Virus record (IMG/VR): IMGVR_UViG_3300037156_000148
Coordinates: 5,687-69,686 of that record
Reading direction: 5' to 3' (one strand)
DNA: 64,000 bases
Source of the DNA: a virus
Below, piece after piece: positions 9,411 to 17,313 of the stretch. Made by a program: the position numbers and the translations under genes. Position 1 is the stretch's first letter, and every line of letters starts with the position of its first letter. The notes beneath the pieces are model-generated. The model made no database searches and had not been told where the DNA came from. It saw only the letters and a list, made by a program, of their open reading frames with translations.

Positions 9411-10358
9411 TCATTGTTTATCTTTTCTGGGTGGTGGTGTGTTTAATAGTATTGTCAACTTTTGGTCGAAGGTAGGTTCATTTTTTTTTTGATTGCTTTG
9501 ATAGTCTACAAAAGTAGAGTGCGTTTCTTTCTTTAATGTTTTAATAGTATCAAGTGAATCCAATGTTTTCCTTTGGTCTACAACAGTCTCTCGAAGAATT
9601 TTAAAACGTTCTTTTTTAGGTAATCCATTTTTTATCAAAATAGAATTTAAACTCTCTAAATTAGACAAGATAGCTAATTCATTTATGCTTGCCATATCTC
9701 TTAAATTCTCACCGTTTAAGGCCCTATCTGGATATGTTTCTCTCCATCGTTTAGCGGTAATACCAAATAAGGCAATATTCAAAAGGTCAACTTCATCAGC
9801 GTACAATAACCATTCTTTCGCCTGAGTATATCCCGCTTTGGGAACGATATAATTTTTCACAGCCTCAGTATGGATGTAATGATTTGCTTTACTAAGTATT
9901 CTTTTTACATTCCACTCTAACCCGTATTGATTGCTTTCTATCTCTTTAAGACGCTGGTACTCTTTAACGATGTATAGCTTAAATATAGGGCTTATGGCTG
10001 CCCCAAATTCAAATGCTATATCTTTGTGGGCATAAGTGCCGCCTGTTTTCCCCAATTTTGAATAAATACCTATTGCTTTCGTGGCTTCAACCCAAGTGCT
10101 TACGCTCATTGTAAATGTCGGTAAACCAGCCTCTTTTCTAAAGTGGTCAAATTCGACCACTTTAAAATTCGGGTTATAAATAGTCTCCCAAGTACCTAAA
10201 AACTCAATAGTCCCCCTCCCCCTTATCCAGTTTTTAATTACATCTGCCGCCCGTGCATCTGCTCCTTTTGCCTTTACCATATCCGTAAGGCAGATAAAAT
10301 CATTTTCAATATTTATCTCTGTACCTTGTACAACTATTTTAGTTAATTTACTGTTCAT
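9411..10358 (-). CDS. KilA-N domain DNA-binding protein
   Basis: DFICLTDMVK..IKNWIR..TIEFLGTWE..GGTYAHKDIAFEFG. Confidence 0.9.
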   Translation of the reverse strand: MNSKLTKIVVQGTEINIENDFICLTDMVKAKGADARAADVIKNWIRGRGTIEFLGTWETIYNPNFKVVEFDHFRKEAGLPTFTMSVSTWVEATKAIGIYSKLGKTGGTYAHKDIAFEFGAAISPIFKLYIVKEYQRLKEIESNQYGLEWNVKRILSKANHYIHTEAVKNYIVPKAGYTQAKEWLLYADEVDLLNIALFGITAKRWRETYPDRALNGENLRDMASINELAILSNLESLNSILIKNGLPKKERFKILRETVVDQRKTLDSLDTIKTLKKETHSTFVDYQSNQKKNEPTFDQKLTILLNTPPPRKDKQ

Positions 10359-11274
10359 TATTCTTGCTTATTAGGGTTTCGTAAGTCAATCTTTTGTCGT
10401 TCGCATTAGCCAAAACTACATTAAATCTGTCATTCGTGGTATTCTTACGAGTGTTATATCTTAGGGTGTATTCGGTCACGTATGAATTAAGATGCTCCAT
10501 GCTAACGTGGTGGTAAATTCCGGTTACTCCCCTTTGAAGATGAGACCAGAAATTTTCAATTCCGTTCGTATGTACCATACCCCGTACAAACTCTTTAGCA
10601 CTGTGATTGACTGATTCGTGAAAGTGTTTTTTATCTAAACCATTATAAGCATTGTATTGATCTGTCATAAGGATAGCCATTTCAGGTATTGTATTGTTTA
10701 TGACAGGTAGAATATGTTTTTTCTCAACGGTAGGGACGGCCTGAGCAACAACTTTGCCCCCGCGCTCCATCATACCCAATACAGGGGCTTTGGTGCTTAT
10801 AGTGCCTCCACGTTCGTTTTTTACTTTCTTATTCTCATGTTTGTTCTTAGCCTCTCCACCGACAAAGGTTTCGTCTATTTCTATAATCCCGCTAAGATGT
10901 ATATTCCCTTCTCCAAAAGCATGGCGCAAACGGTGTAAGATGAACCAGGCTGTTTTCTGTGTTACTGTGATGTCTTTAGCCAACTGGTGAGAACTGATAC
11001 CCTTCTTATGCGAACTGAAAATATACAGAGCTAAGAACCATTTTTGTAAGGGTATGCGGGTACAATCAAATATTGAATTAGTACGAACATTAAAATACTT
11101 TCCTGTATTTTTGCATCTGTATTTATTCCCCGCACACGCATACACTTTAGATGTAGGGTCAAGGGGACTAACTACATTGCCATGCCAGCGCAATTCCGTC
11201 AAGTGGTCTATGCAAGATTGTTCGTCAGGAAAGGCTTTAAGCAGGTCAATGATTGATTTGAATTCTGTGAGCAT
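10348..11274 (-). CDS. IS1595-family DDE transposase
   Basis: N-terminal Zn-ribbon-like region, KKGISSHQLA HTH, IEIDETFVGG, MTDQ, HTNGIENFWS. Confidence 0.95.
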   Translation of the reverse strand: MLTEFKSIIDLLKAFPDEQSCIDHLTELRWHGNVVSPLDPTSKVYACAGNKYRCKNTGKYFNVRTNSIFDCTRIPLQKWFLALYIFSSHKKGISSHQLAKDITVTQKTAWFILHRLRHAFGEGNIHLSGIIEIDETFVGGEAKNKHENKKVKNERGGTISTKAPVLGMMERGGKVVAQAVPTVEKKHILPVINNTIPEMAILMTDQYNAYNGLDKKHFHESVNHSAKEFVRGMVHTNGIENFWSHLQRGVTGIYHHVSMEHLNSYVTEYTLRYNTRKNTTNDRFNVVLANANDKRLTYETLISKNNEQ

Positions 11275-11355
11275 ATATTTGAATTATGGTGTAAATATAT
11301 GCCTAACTTTTGAGAACACCAAACTTATCTCAATCTTTCTGTGTAAATAAATATA

Positions 11356-11553
11356 TCATTGCCGTACTTTTACCTTATTATTGGGAGGGTCATTGTCATA
11401 TTGGCTACAATAACCATCCAGATGTTGTAAATACTCAAAAGCCTTCACCCCCTCTGGATGAATAGCCTCTCCCTCTTCCCACTCTTTTTTTATAGTAGCA
11501 AGGGGGGTATTCTTTATATACCACCTAAGCCAAGTGAGCATTGTGTTTTCCAT
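11356..11553 (-). CDS. Hypothetical phage protein whose stop codon is supplied by the IS TIR
   Basis: ORF ends in ...CGG CAA TGA inside the GGCAATGA terminus. Confidence 0.45.
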   Translation of the reverse strand: MENTMLTWLRWYIKNTPLATIKKEWEEGEAIHPEGVKAFEYLQHLDGYCSQYDNDPPNNKVKVRQ

Positions 11554-11878
11554 TTTTGATAGTTTTAAGCGTATGTTTCGATTATATAATCTTCAGGGTA
11601 CGCTATTTTATAATTATGCAATAATAATGCCGTTTTATCAATAAAACAAATTTGGATAGGGGGGTATAAGTCTAAAACAGCGGGCTCTCTCCGTGAAAAT
11701 CTCACAACATGCCTAAATCTTTTATCCCAAAATATATCTCCCTTATTCTTACCTAAAGCCCTGATAGCTCTTTTGAGTTGTGCGAAATATCCCTCAACCG
11801 AGTTAGTACAAAGGTAAACTATTTTGGAAACTTTAAAACTAAAAATAAAATATTTATTTGGAAACTTTTATCGTATAA

Positions 11879-12106
11879 ATCAAATATTCTACCTATCTTC
11901 GTTCTACAATTAAAAGGATTAGACATATTGAACCAGAGCCATTTGAAAGAGAAACGCCAACTCTTTTAACTCAGGTGGTAACTGAATATATAAAAGAGAT
12001 CAGTAAATCAATGGAAGGATTGGCACACCAATTTTCATTAAGCATGGAGGATTTTGAAGCGCGATATTTCCCGCAATCTGAAAAGCGCCTAAAAATCATA
12101 AGATAG
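11879..12106 (+). pseudogene. C-terminal fragment resembling XRE-ImmA/IrrE metallopeptidase fusions
   Basis: Frame lacking an upstream start: ...RHIEPEPFERETPTLL..SMEGLAHQFSLSMEDFEARYF..RLKIIR*. Confidence 0.4.
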
Positions 12107-12110
12107 TATT

Positions 12111-12134
12111 AAGCCCCTCACGGGGCTTTTTTTT
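12111..12134. terminator. Terminator between convergent ORFs
   Basis: AAGCCCC-tcac-GGGGCTTTTTTTT. Confidence 0.7.
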
Positions 12135-12333
12135 ATTCAACTTGTCGAGGGCCAATTGCTTCATATGCTGGAAACTCAGCTTCTCTTGGGGTCGGATATA
12201 AATCCCATATTCCTTTACATATTCTTTCGGCATCCTCCATTGAATTGGCAATAAATGTGATGTCCAAAAAGACCTGCACAACATTATCGTGTCCTCTTCC
12301 TACTGTCTGAATCTTGTAATTAAATCTTGGCAT
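12133..12333 (-). CDS. Small hypothetical protein
   Basis: 66-aa ATG ORF ending at the terminator. Confidence 0.45.
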   Translation of the reverse strand: MPRFNYKIQTVGRGHDNVVQVFLDITFIANSMEDAERICKGIWDLYPTPREAEFPAYEAIGPRQVE

Positions 12334-12488
12334 AATTATAGTTTTGCATCTAACTTACACATTTATCTTTAAATCATATATCTTTCAAGTGTTCTGAGGG
12401 GATAAGTGCCAAAATTATGGTATTTGTTTACGTTAAATTATGTATCTTTGATCCATGCTTAGATTCAGTAACCAAAAAAATTAAACAG

Positions 12489-12776
12489 ATGGAACATAAA
12501 AAGCAAGAGATTATGGTCATCAATGGAGTGTCTAAGTATTTTCATGTTCAGGTATCAGGCAACACTATATTTATGAGTAGTGAAGATTTTGAATTTATGT
12601 ATACCGTTGCTGATGACGTAGTGAAAGACGAATTTAAAGGACAGTATCTGTATATAGGTGGAATACAGCATAATTTTGAAAATGAATCCCCCGAAGCTAT
12701 CGAATTAGAAAGAAAATTGTCAGATGTGGCTTTTGCTATTATGACAACGTTAGGCAGGCAAAAACTCACTAACTAA
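12489..12776 (+). CDS. Hypothetical protein
   Basis: Likely start MEHKKQ, downstream of a TTTG..TATCTTTG promoter-like site. Confidence 0.5.
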   Translation: MEHKKQEIMVINGVSKYFHVQVSGNTIFMSSEDFEFMYTVADDVVKDEFKGQYLYIGGIQHNFENESPEAIELERKLSDVAFAIMTTLGRQKLTN

Positions 12777-13148
12777 ATAATGGCAAAAGTAATCACCGCA
12801 GCAGTCAGGGAGGGAGGAAATAAATCGGGATATATGAATATTATTTCAGTCCTAGTTTTTCTAATGTTAAAAGTTTGCTAGTCTTATATATCGCATAGGC
12901 TCGGGACTTAGCTTGAATGATACGCTCAGTATCGGCTATCTTTTGCTCGATTATAACATGGCATTGTAGTTTGTCTGATCTGGTCATGGGAGTGGTTTTA
13001 AAATGGATTTACAATTGAGTGATGGATAGTATCAAGGAAGGCCATACTAAGGCGATACAGGGCATCCCTGCGCGTCTGAGTGGGGTATCGCTTGTAACGA
13101 TAGTATAACTTTAGGTATTTCTTTCTCACGATTTGATTTTTAAACTAA

Positions 13149-13687
13149 GGCAACTATATACTTATTACACCCAAATGGGTTTTGTTATTAAAATAAGGTG
13201 ACTATATACTTATCTAACCCAATTCGAGTTTATGGTTTAAAAATTACTATCATTGAGTCAAGCGGATTGCCATTACCCATCTTCGTCCTTTTACCTGATT
13301 CATCGAGTTTTTCAAATGATATCCTACCTTTCACAAATCTTATCTCCGAGGCATTGGGTTTAATATGCTCATGAAATAGCTTTGTACTCGTGGAAACAGG
13401 GATTAACAGTACTGATGTCCTGCCTTTTTTCTTTTCATCTATCGCCTTGAGTATAAACGCCTTCTTTAATTCGGGCGAATAAGGGGGATTAACAAAATTA
13501 CATTGCCCCCACTCTATTTTTAGTCCATCATTTACTATTTCGCCTTCGCAGTATGGGCATGGATCTAAATCAAAATTGAATTCCGCGTGTAGTGGCTCGT
13601 AAACCGATAAGGGAGTAAGCCAGTTGTCATTTTCTTTTCTTTTCATTGTATCTTTTATTGTTCAGGTTGAATAAGTATATAGTTGCC
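13149..13687. mobile_element. Non-autonomous IS1595-like cassette carrying an orphan Dam methyltransferase
   Basis: 18-bp perfect inverted repeats GGCAACTATATACTTATT at 13149-13166 and 13670-13687; extra degenerate end at 13197. Confidence 0.75.
13230..13646 (-). CDS. Phage-type DNA N6-adenine methyltransferase (Dam family)
   Basis: WLTP, FDLDPC, FVNPPYS, EIRFVKGRISF. Confidence 0.9.
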   Translation of the reverse strand: MKRKENDNWLTPLSVYEPLHAEFNFDLDPCPYCEGEIVNDGLKIEWGQCNFVNPPYSPELKKAFILKAIDEKKKGRTSVLLIPVSTSTKLFHEHIKPNASEIRFVKGRISFEKLDESGKRTKMGNGNPLDSMIVIFKP

Positions 13688-13691
13688 GGTT

Positions 13692-15137
13692 TTAAAATGG
13701 AATATTTGTCTCAATAGCTTCATCCTTTGGTGTTAATCTTTTTTGCTCCACATACTCCCCGCCAGTGTCATAGTCCCAATCGTAAAATTTTACATGCTCT
13801 TTTTGAAATCTTGCAGCTAGGTCAATTGTGGCACCGTCTCTGTACTTCGCCACTATCAATTCACATAAGTCTTTTGTTTTACCGTAAAATGGATCATTCT
13901 CAATGCCGTAGTATTCGGGCCGGTGAAGGAAAACAACAATGTCAGCATCCTGTTCGAGCGATCCCGATTCCCTCAAATCTGTCAATTGTGGCTTATGGAC
14001 TGCCGACCCCTTTACGGGCCTGTTCAATTGAGCCATAGCTATCACAGGAATCTTTAACGACATGGTAAGCTGCTTACACCCTCGCGAGATAGCACTTACT
14101 TCCTGCTCCCTGTTCGCGCTGTTTTTCATGCCTGCAATCTTGCAGAGCTGAATATAGTCAATGTATAGCCTTGTGATCCCTTTTTTCTGTACCCATTTTT
14201 TAGCCTGGGATAAAATTGATCCCCATTCGAGCGAGGTATTTTCAGATAAATAAAGAGGGTATTTTCCCACTTCCTCCGAAATCAGCATTATCCTTTTTTG
14301 AGTTTCAATGTCATTTCTCCCATACTTTGAGAAGTGCCTGAGATCAATATTTCCCTCCATTGAAATTAATCTTTGACCTAGCGACACATCGGACATCTCA
14401 CCGGATATGAACCCGACCGGATCACCTCCCTTTGCCTGTTTTCGGGCCGCGTCTAAAGCAAAAGCCGTCTTGCTCATGCCAGGCCGACCGGCTATTATCA
14501 CAAAATCGGTACTTTGAATATTAACATTTACATCAAAATCACCCAAATGCATGGGATGTTCACTTTTACCCGACCTTTCAGCCGATTTAAGCACTTTTAA
14601 TGCCGACTCTTGCATTACTATTGCCATGTCCCTGTTTTTGCCCCTGTCGAAGCGAGAATTGATAATATCATAGGTTGAGCGCATATTATCCAGTACGTCT
14701 ACAAAGTCTACATCTTCGTCATAGGCCTTGACAATGGTTTCCGATGATCCCTGTATGACTGCCCGCTTGATATATTTTTCAGCTATCACCCGCGCGTGAT
14801 ATTCCACATTGGCAGAGGTCCCGACCTTATTTGTCAATTGAGCTATGTAGTAAGCACCCCCGCACATTTCGAGATTACCATCTTTTTTAAGCTGTTCAAC
14901 TACCGTCAATAGGTCAATCGGACTGCCTGCGGTGTGGAGCGTCCTCATGGCCGTGAAAATATACTGATGATTAGTGACATAGAACATGTCGGCATCGATA
15001 AAACTTACTATCTCGTCCATAGCATCAGATTCGATCATGATAGCGCCGAGGACAGCCTCTTCGAACTCCCGCGCCTGGGGAGGTAGTTTCCCCATTACCT
15101 GCAATTCCAGATCCACCCGTGTATTTTTATTGTTCAT
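13692..15137 (-). CDS. dnaB: Replicative DNA helicase
   Basis: LPPQAREFEEAVLGA, GRPGMSKT, IDYIQL, AQLNR, DLRESGSLEQDADIV, VAKYRDG. Confidence 0.95.
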   Translation of the reverse strand: MNNKNTRVDLELQVMGKLPPQAREFEEAVLGAIMIESDAMDEIVSFIDADMFYVTNHQYIFTAMRTLHTAGSPIDLLTVVEQLKKDGNLEMCGGAYYIAQLTNKVGTSANVEYHARVIAEKYIKRAVIQGSSETIVKAYDEDVDFVDVLDNMRSTYDIINSRFDRGKNRDMAIVMQESALKVLKSAERSGKSEHPMHLGDFDVNVNIQSTDFVIIAGRPGMSKTAFALDAARKQAKGGDPVGFISGEMSDVSLGQRLISMEGNIDLRHFSKYGRNDIETQKRIMLISEEVGKYPLYLSENTSLEWGSILSQAKKWVQKKGITRLYIDYIQLCKIAGMKNSANREQEVSAISRGCKQLTMSLKIPVIAMAQLNRPVKGSAVHKPQLTDLRESGSLEQDADIVVFLHRPEYYGIENDPFYGKTKDLCELIVAKYRDGATIDLAARFQKEHVKFYDWDYDTGGEYVEQKRLTPKDEAIETNIPF

Positions 15138-15930
15138 GTCCGAGGTCTTTAGCGGTTACGGGACGTACTTTTTTATCTGTAATAGCCGGCAATGGGTTTT
15201 GATTGAAATCTTTATTTCGCGAAGCCCACGTACTTAGTCTTTGCCCTAGTGACCATGTTTTTTGAAGCTCAAATCCCATTTTAGTAAAAGTTTTATTAGG
15301 CTGTATCCAGTATTCGTAAAATGCCTTAATCATTTCAATCGGATAAAGTTCCATATACGGGGTGAAGGTCATTTTAAACTCAATCGCTCGTTTTTCTAAG
15401 GATGCCTGTTTTTCTTCGATAGTTTTGCTTTGTATTTTATTATCTCCTTTACTCTCCTTTACTCTAGTTTGTGGTAAATCTGTGACAGTAATATCCTGCA
15501 TTGTGGTAGTTTCTGTGACAGTAACACCTAGTGATGTGGTAAATGTACCGTTTTTACGCCTTTGCCGACTAGCACTTTCTTGTTTTGCTTTGTGTCTTTT
15601 TTCATAAACAGGGGCTAAGTATTCATCTAATGAAGGGGAGAATAAAAACCCATCTCGTATAAATAGGACTTCTACTTTCAGGCAATACTCAATGATCTCT
15701 TTTATTTCTGTGGCAGAAACTCCAAGCTCTGAGGCGAAGCTGTCCCACTCCATTTCTACATGCTCAATCTCGTTCCCGTCGGCCTCAGTCAAATATTCTA
15801 AAAACATTGACCAAAAAGCATAACCTAAAACTTGACCAAATTTATTTCGCAGTATCTTAACCTTCTTGTGATTCCGCATAGTAGTTAGGTGCGGGAAATA
15901 ATCACAGTTATTTTTCGGAGGTCTTGCCAT
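15127..15930 (-). CDS. Phage replication initiator (DUF4373/Lin1244-like N-terminal wHTH, lambda O analogue)
   Basis: MARPPKNNCDYFPH..NHKKVKILRNKFG..GYAFW, C-terminal AFYEYW..TW; directly upstream of dnaB. Confidence 0.8.
   Translation of the reverse strand: MARPPKNNCDYFPHLTTMRNHKKVKILRNKFGQVLGYAFWSMFLEYLTEADGNEIEHVEMEWDSFASELGVSATEIKEIIEYCLKVEVLFIRDGFLFSPSLDEYLAPVYEKRHKAKQESASRQRRKNGTFTTSLGVTVTETTTMQDITVTDLPQTRVKESKGDNKIQSKTIEEKQASLEKRAIEFKMTFTPYMELYPIEMIKAFYEYWIQPNKTFTKMGFELQKTWSLGQRLSTWASRNKDFNQNPLPAITDKKVRPVTAKDLGHEQ
15469..15543. repeat. Iteron-like direct repeats inside the initiator gene (candidate origin)
   Basis: TTGTGGTA..TCTGTGACAGTAA twice plus a partial TGTGGTAAAT. Confidence 0.45.
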
Positions 15931-15950
15931 AATAAAAAATCGGAATATCA

Positions 15951-16044
15951 AGAGGGGGAGCCGCAACGACGAAGAAGAAGCTCAACCCCTCTATCAATTC
16001 CTTATCTTAAATAAATTATAAATATATAGCATGTTCGTCGTTGC
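15951..16044 (-). promoter_or_regulatory. Structured 5' leader of the replication operon
   Basis: AGAGGGG/CCCCTCT stem; the enclosed GCAACGACGAA (15963-73) is the inverted complement of TTCGTCGTTGC (16034-44). Confidence 0.5.
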
Positions 16045-16302
16045 TTATTGCGAATATAGCACTTTATTCCGTCATTGCAAATTTAATTAGAAAGAAAAAT
16101 AGTATCTAATTCTTTAGCGTGTCCTTTACCTTCTTTTTGCACCGGATACAGAATAATCCATTTTCGGGATCTTTCTTATTGTTATCGGGATCTAAAAAAT
16201 ACCATTCATTTTCCATTTTTTTTCCTTTCATTCGACAAAGTTAGAAATTAATTTCACAATCCAAACACTTTCAAATCTTTTTTATTTTATTTTCAAAATA
16301 AA

Positions 16303-16333
16303 TTTGGAAGTGTCAAAAATGTGCTTACTTTTG
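16303..16333 (+). promoter_or_regulatory. Bacteroidota housekeeping-sigma promoter of the rightward early operon
   Basis: TTTG N19 TACTTTTG; divergent TTTG..TAACTTTG on the minus strand at ~16235-16265. Confidence 0.65.
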
Positions 16334-16352
16334 TGTCGTTAAATAATAAACA

Positions 16353-16590
16353 AATGACAAGAATAGAATCAATAGAATACCAAAAAAAAATAAAATCACT
16401 CTGTAAAGAGTTCGGGAAATATGGCCATGAGCGCGTTGATGGTGGCTATTCTAACTACCATATAGAAAGTGTATTAAAAATTTCTGTCCCCAACGAATTG
16501 AAGTTAATAGGCATCCTCAAATACTTTCAAGGCTTAAAATCTGCGAAGGATGCTGAGATCGAAAAAGCCAAGTCAGAATTAACTAAGTAA
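16353..16590 (+). CDS. Hypothetical early protein (possible regulator)
   Basis: First ORF after the promoter, likely start MTRIESIEY. Confidence 0.5.
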
Positions 16591-16617
16591 CAATTTCACA
16601 ATCATAAATCAACAAAA

Positions 16618-16833
16618 ATGGACAACTCAGCATTGGTATCAACACCAAAACCCAAAAAGACGCGTGAGCGCAAACAGACAGGTAGCTATATCGGAGGATT
16701 AGCTACTAAATTATCACCGGTGCAGGATGAATATCTGAAATCGGTGCTTAAAGATCATTTCGGGACTGCTGATGTCACAGGACTATCAGTTTTCGAGAAA
16801 GAGATATTCGCAGGGATTGCGGCTATTCTCTAA
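16618..16833 (+). CDS. Hypothetical phage protein
   Basis: ORF with A-rich Bacteroidota-type translation start context. Confidence 0.55.
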   Translation: MDNSALVSTPKPKKTRERKQTGSYIGGLATKLSPVQDEYLKSVLKDHFGTADVTGLSVFEKEIFAGIAAIL

Positions 16834-17034
16834 AAATATTGATTGCGATAAGCAATTGTGGATGTGAGAAGTGTATGGCATACAGTTGGTTCAAGGCCGA
16901 CCTCACAGCATATCCCCGTTCTTAGTAAAGTAAGAGAAATGTCCGAGACAGTAACCGCTTCGTTCTCGCATGACGAAAGACAGATTTGAGAGGGTGAAAG
17001 TCCCTCCACTTTTTAAAGGCTAAAAAACAAAAAG

Positions 17035-17304
17035 ATGATAAAGTATAAGACAGGTAGTTTGTGGAGCAGCGGCATTGAACAAGTCGAGGTTGTCAGAGAA
17101 ACAGAATCGAGTGTGTTTGTTATGTATGGGACTAAGGAACGTAGGGAATCAAAGCGTACCGATTATCATAATTTCCACGATACATATGAAAATGCTATCC
17201 AGTGGTATATTGAAGGGGCGATAAAAGAAATTCATTCCGCCAAATCTAGGCTAGAAAGTGCTGAAAAGATCCTATCAGAAATCAAGGCTAAATATTCAAT
17301 CTAA
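17035..17304 (+). CDS. Hypothetical phage protein
   Basis: IEQVEVVRETESSVFV pattern common in small phage proteins. Confidence 0.6.
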   Translation: MIKYKTGSLWSSGIEQVEVVRETESSVFVMYGTKERRESKRTDYHNFHDTYENAIQWYIEGAIKEIHSAKSRLESAEKILSEIKAKYSI

Positions 17305-17313
17305 ACAATAAAT

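Larger units (their letters stand above)
7227..11363 (-). mobile_element. IS1595-family (ISPna2-like GGCnnTG ends) transporter element carrying KilA-N and a type II R-M system
   Basis: Perfect 23-bp TIRs GGCAATGATATATTTATTTACAC at 7227-7249 and 11341-11363, intact transposase inside; no target-site duplication. Confidence 0.9.

Noticed and set aside
7219-11371. Target-site duplication, or larger composite elements 4023-11363 and 6551-11363
   Set aside because: No matching 8-bp flanks for any pairing.
12391-12410. GAGGGGATAAGTGCC as another IS1595 end
   Set aside because: Plausible from context (adjacent ImmA-like remnant), but there is no partner and similarity to the other ends is weak.
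12780-12881. MAKVITAAVREGG as a ParA N-terminal fragment
   Set aside because: Lacks the KGGxGKT motif and is too short.
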